Position numbers and translations under genes: made by a program
Part shown: positions 56,568 through 59,951 of the stretch, one piece after another
How positions within the stretch are numbered: position 1 is the stretch's first letter
Layout: each line of letters begins with the position of its first letter
The notes under the pieces: generated by a model
Databases searched by the model: none
Told to the model about the DNA's origin: nothing
The model's input: the letters and a program-made list of their open reading frames with translations, nothing else
Origin: Candidatus Lindowbacteria bacterium RIFCSPLOWO2_12_FULL_62_27
GTDB taxonomy: Bacteria > Lindowbacteria > 2-12-FULL-62-27
Length of the DNA: 59,951 nucleotides
NCBI GenBank assembly: GCA_001784175.1
Contig: MFPR01000017.1
Span: 155,024-214,974 of the forward strand
Direction of reading: 5' to 3'

Positions 56568-59500
56568 GTGTGCGCCGTCCCTTCCGGGATTCGAATATCG
56601 AAAATCGCAATCCGAAACAAAAATGTCAAATTCTTGAACTACGAAAGGACGCGACCGGTTCTCCGTCTCGCTCTTTCGATCCTCTCCCTTCTGGCTTCCG
56701 GCTTCTGGCTCCTGGCGCCTGTCACCGTCGCCGAAGCCGCGTGGACCAACGCCGCCGAACCTTTGGGCGCCGGCGCGGGTTTGAGCACCAGTTCCATCCA
56801 GTGGGGCGATTACGACAATGACGGCGATCTCGATCTTGTCGTGTCCGGTTGGAATGTCGCGCTGACTCCTCGATTGATCGTGTACCGAAATAACGGCGGC
56901 GGAAGTTTCTCAAGCGCGTCCGAGCCGATGGGCGCCGGCGCGGGGGTTCGTGGAAGTTCCGTCCAGTGGGGTGATTACGACCGGGACGGCGACCTCGACT
57001 TCGCCGCGGCCGGAAATGACGACGTGAACCCCCGGCTGATCATATTCCGGAACAACGGCAGTGACAGTTTCACGAACGTGGCCGAGCCCAAGGGCGCCAA
57101 TGCGGGGTTTAACACGGCGACCCTCGATTGGGGCGATTACGATAACGACGGCGACCTCGACCTTGCCGTGGCGGGACACGATGGCACAAACTACCGATTG
57201 ATCGTCTACCGGAACAACGGCGGCGGAAGTTTCTCGAACGCGTCCGAGCCGATGGGCGTCAACGCCGGGCTGACCACGGGTTCCGTCCGGTGGGGCGACT
57301 ACGACAACGACGGCGACCTTGACCTTGCCGTGTCGGGACAGGATGCAGGCACAAACAGTCGATTGATCGTCTACCGGAACAACGGCGGCGGAAGTTTCTC
57401 GAACGTGTGCGAGCCGAGGGGCGTGAATCTCGGCGTGGAATCCAGTTCCGTCCAGTGGGGCGATTACGACACCGACGGCGACCTTGACCTTCTGGTTTCG
57501 GGATATGAGAGCGCCACAACCAACAAACGATTGATCGTCTACCGGAACATCGGCGGCGACACTTTCACGAATGGGGCCGAGCCGATGGGCGTCAACGCGG
57601 GCGTGGGTTGGAGTTCCGTCCAGTGGGGCGACTATGACAACGACGGCGACCTCGACATCGCGGCCACGGGCGAGGACGGCGTGAACTACCGGCTGATCAT
57701 CTGGCGGAACAACGGCGGCGACAGTTTCACGAACGTGGCCGAGCCGTTCGGCGCCAACCTGGGATTCTACAACAGCTCCATCGCGTGGGGCGACTACGAC
57801 AACGACGGCGACATCGACTTGGCGGTATCGGGAGATACGGCCAGCGGCGGCGACAAGCGGCTCATCATCTTCCGCAACGACGCCAACGGCGCGGTGAACA
57901 TTCGCCCGAACGCGCCGGCGCTGAATTACCCCAAAGGCGACACCATCACACTGGGTGACACTATCACGTTCCGGTGGACCGCCGTGACGGGCGACACGAC
58001 TTGCACGGCCGCGATGACGTACAACCTGCGCATCGGTTCTACGACAGCGAACTGCAATTATTTCGCCGCTGACACCAACGACGCCGATTCGTCGGGCAAT
58101 GCAGTCCTCGGCAACGTCCAGAACGACACATGGGCGCGGCTCGACACGGCGCTTCCGGTCGGCACGTACTACTGGTCGGTGCAGGCGGTGGACCAGGGGA
58201 TGATGCGCTCCACGTGGGCGACGGCGGAGACGTTCGCCATCACGGCGCCGCCTGCATACTCCGGCCCGGACTGGTACGTGAACGACACGTCGACGTCGGG
58301 CGATTCGTGGACGAGCGCCATCGGCAGCGACACTAACGACGGGTCGGCGTCCGCGCCGTTTCGAACGATCATCAAGGCGCTCAACAGCGCCGAGTCCGGC
58401 GAGACCATCTACATCGACAAAGGCATTTTCGATTCGTACGTGGTTGTCAGCGCCACCGAAACAGCCGGAATCAGGATTGACACGAACAGTATCACGCTTA
58501 TCGGCAAGGATTCCGCGTCGACGATCATCGACCCGCCGGGGGCGAAAACTGTCACGGGTCTCTACGGCATCTACGCCGACACGCAGACGGGTCTTCGCAT
58601 CCAGAACATCGGCGTGACGGGGGCGTATGATGGGATCAAATTCGTCAACGTGGATGCATCGACGATCTCCGGCGACAGCGCTTGCTCCAACGGCGAGTAC
58701 GGCATACTCCTGATGAACGGCTCCGACAGCAACACTGTCTCGACATCGATCACCGGGTTCAATTCCTCGATTGGGATACTCGTGACCGGTTCGAACTATA
58801 ACGCTCTCGACAACGTCATCGCCGATTCGAACTCGAACGCCGGCGTCAATTTCTCGTCCTCGTCCTACGACACCGTCATGAACAGCACGATGAATTCGAA
58901 CGGGTTCACCGGACTCGACTTGAACGGGGGATCCAACTATGTCATCACAGGCAACAAGGCGAACCAGAATTCATCCTACGGTTTCTATCTCGAAGCCGGA
59001 ACCAACAACAACTCGGTGAAAAACAATACGGCGGATTCGAACGCGAGCGGCGGTTATTATCTGACCGGCGGCGCCGACACCAACACGCTCTCGTTCGACA
59101 CCGCAATCGGGAGCGGTGACGGCATCAAGATTGTCAACAGCCGCAACAACACGATCGCAGCCTGCGTGGTGAGATTGAGCACGTGGAACGGGATCGTTCT
59201 GTCCGGCGCGCGCGACAACATCCTCGAAACCAACCTGTGCCGTTCGAACTCCATGGAGGGCATCCTCCTCGCGGACACGTCGAACTTCAACACCCTGCGG
59301 AACAACGTGTCGGAGACAAACACCTGGAGCGGGATCAAGATAGCAGGCGGCTCGTACGACACGGTGACGGGGAACACGGCGCGGTGGAATGCGATTTACG
59401 GCATCTGGCTGGACGACACAGCCACGAATAACGTTGTGAGGAACAACACTGTGTCGTCGAATGCCAATATCGGCATTTATCTGTCAGACGGTTCGGACAC

Positions 59501-59951
59501 GAACACGGTGGACAGCAACACTGCCAATTCGAATTCGGACGGAATCAAACTCCAGGCGAGTCATGGCAACCTGGTCGTGTCGAACACAGCCGATTTCGAC
59601 ACTTACGACGGCATCGTGTTGTCGATGGCGAACCGCAACTTGGTGGAGACGAACACGTGTCGGTCGAACCTGCAGGTGGGGATACTGGTGGCGGACGGGT
59701 CGCAATACAATCTGGTGCGGAACAACACGGCTGACACAAACACGCAGGTCGGTATCAAAATGTTGAACAGTTCCTACGACACGGTAACCGCGAACACGGT
59801 TCGAGGAAACCTTCTCCAGGGAATCCTGCTGGATGGGTCGGACACGAACACGATTGACAGTAACACGTGCGACGTGAACGGGGACGGGATCAAGCTCTCG
59901 GCGAGCCACGGCAACACTGTGACGAACAACGCGGCGATATCCGACACGTAC
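56568..59951 (+). CDS. very large secreted protein: seven FG-GAP repeats, Fn3-like domain, right-handed beta-helix repeats; 3'-partial
   Basis: Absent from the ORF track because there is no stop in the window. Signal peptide ...LLAPVTVAEA; seven WGDYDxDGDxD motifs (56802-57820); YYWSVQAVD; WYVND...GSASAPFRTI; Asn-rich GIxL repeats. Start uncertain (GTG 56568 or TTG 56634). Confidence 0.85.
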   Translation, partial: MCAVPSGIRISKIAIRNKNVKFLNYERTRPVLRLALSILSLLASGFWLLAPVTVAEAAWTNAAEPLGAGAGLSTSSIQWGDYDNDGDLDLVVSGWNVALTPRLIVYRNNGGGSFSSASEPMGAGAGVRGSSVQWGDYDRDGDLDFAAAGNDDVNPRLIIFRNNGSDSFTNVAEPKGANAGFNTATLDWGDYDNDGDLDLAVAGHDGTNYRLIVYRNNGGGSFSNASEPMGVNAGLTTGSVRWGDYDNDGDLDLAVSGQDAGTNSRLIVYRNNGGGSFSNVCEPRGVNLGVESSSVQWGDYDTDGDLDLLVSGYESATTNKRLIVYRNIGGDTFTNGAEPMGVNAGVGWSSVQWGDYDNDGDLDIAATGEDGVNYRLIIWRNNGGDSFTNVAEPFGANLGFYNSSIAWGDYDNDGDIDLAVSGDTASGGDKRLIIFRNDANGAVNIRPNAPALNYPKGDTITLGDTITFRWTAVTGDTTCTAAMTYNLRIGSTTANCNYFAADTNDADSSGNAVLGNVQNDTWARLDTALPVGTYYWSVQAVDQGMMRSTWATAETFAITAPPAYSGPDWYVNDTSTSGDSWTSAIGSDTNDGSASAPFRTIIKALNSAESGETIYIDKGIFDSYVVVSATETAGIRIDTNSITLIGKDSASTIIDPPGAKTVTGLYGIYADTQTGLRIQNIGVTGAYDGIKFVNVDASTISGDSACSNGEYGILLMNGSDSNTVSTSITGFNSSIGILVTGSNYNALDNVIADSNSNAGVNFSSSSYDTVMNSTMNSNGFTGLDLNGGSNYVITGNKANQNSSYGFYLEAGTNNNSVKNNTADSNASGGYYLTGGADTNTLSFDTAIGSGDGIKIVNSRNNTIAACVVRLSTWNGIVLSGARDNILETNLCRSNSMEGILLADTSNFNTLRNNVSETNTWSGIKIAGGSYDTVTGNTARWNAIYGIWLDDTATNNVVRNNTVSSNANIGIYLSDGSDTNTVDSNTANSNSDGIKLQASHGNLVVSNTADFDTYDGIVLSMANRNLVETNTCRSNLQVGILVADGSQYNLVRNNTADTNTQVGIKMLNSSYDTVTANTVRGNLLQGILLDGSDTNTIDSNTCDVNGDGIKLSASHGNTVTNNAAISDTY

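Overview
High-GC bacterial chromosomal segment from a diderm, probably uncultured lineage; it is gene-dense and mostly housekeeping or energy metabolism. Left to right it carries: the 3' part of a P5C dehydrogenase (putA-like); a MoxR-DUF58-DUF4129-PilC/GspF cluster; two stacked type II toxin-antitoxin modules (HicBA and Phd/RelE-like); rhomboid-TPR and GYF/B-box/TPR genes; ppx; a class I aminotransferase; a MerR-HTH gene followed by a ~1.8 kb nearly gene-free, lower-GC region where + strand composition flips from C-rich to G/T-rich (candidate replication origin); a TPR protein; an 11-subunit complex I operon (nuoABCDHIJKLMN, no nuoEFG) preceded by a thioredoxin-like [2Fe-2S] ferredoxin; TerC, MFS, LMF, ICL-family and DCC1 genes; two HD-GYP proteins; yraN, coaX, an alpha-E gene and tyrS; two paralogous PAS-LuxR regulators; an aminotransferase plus divergent transketolase; an FTR1::OprB-porin chimera; Bcd/EtfAB; adk; an SLC13 transporter; and the 5' part of a very large secreted FG-GAP/beta-helix protein. 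The best candidate for an undescribed system is a four-gene operon (33050-37069): class III aminotransferase, QueF-like T-fold protein that keeps the Cys but lacks the catalytic Asp and NADPH motif, LuxE-like synthetase and LuxC-like reductase. It could reduce a carboxylate to an aminomethyl group, for example CDG to preQ1 without QueC/QueF; this is a hypothesis. The second candidate is an 18-bp 7-2-7 palindrome present in three copies, which probably defines a PAS-LuxR regulon. No rRNA, tRNA, CRISPR array or intact transposase was seen. All family assignments come from motif recognition by eye, with no database search.
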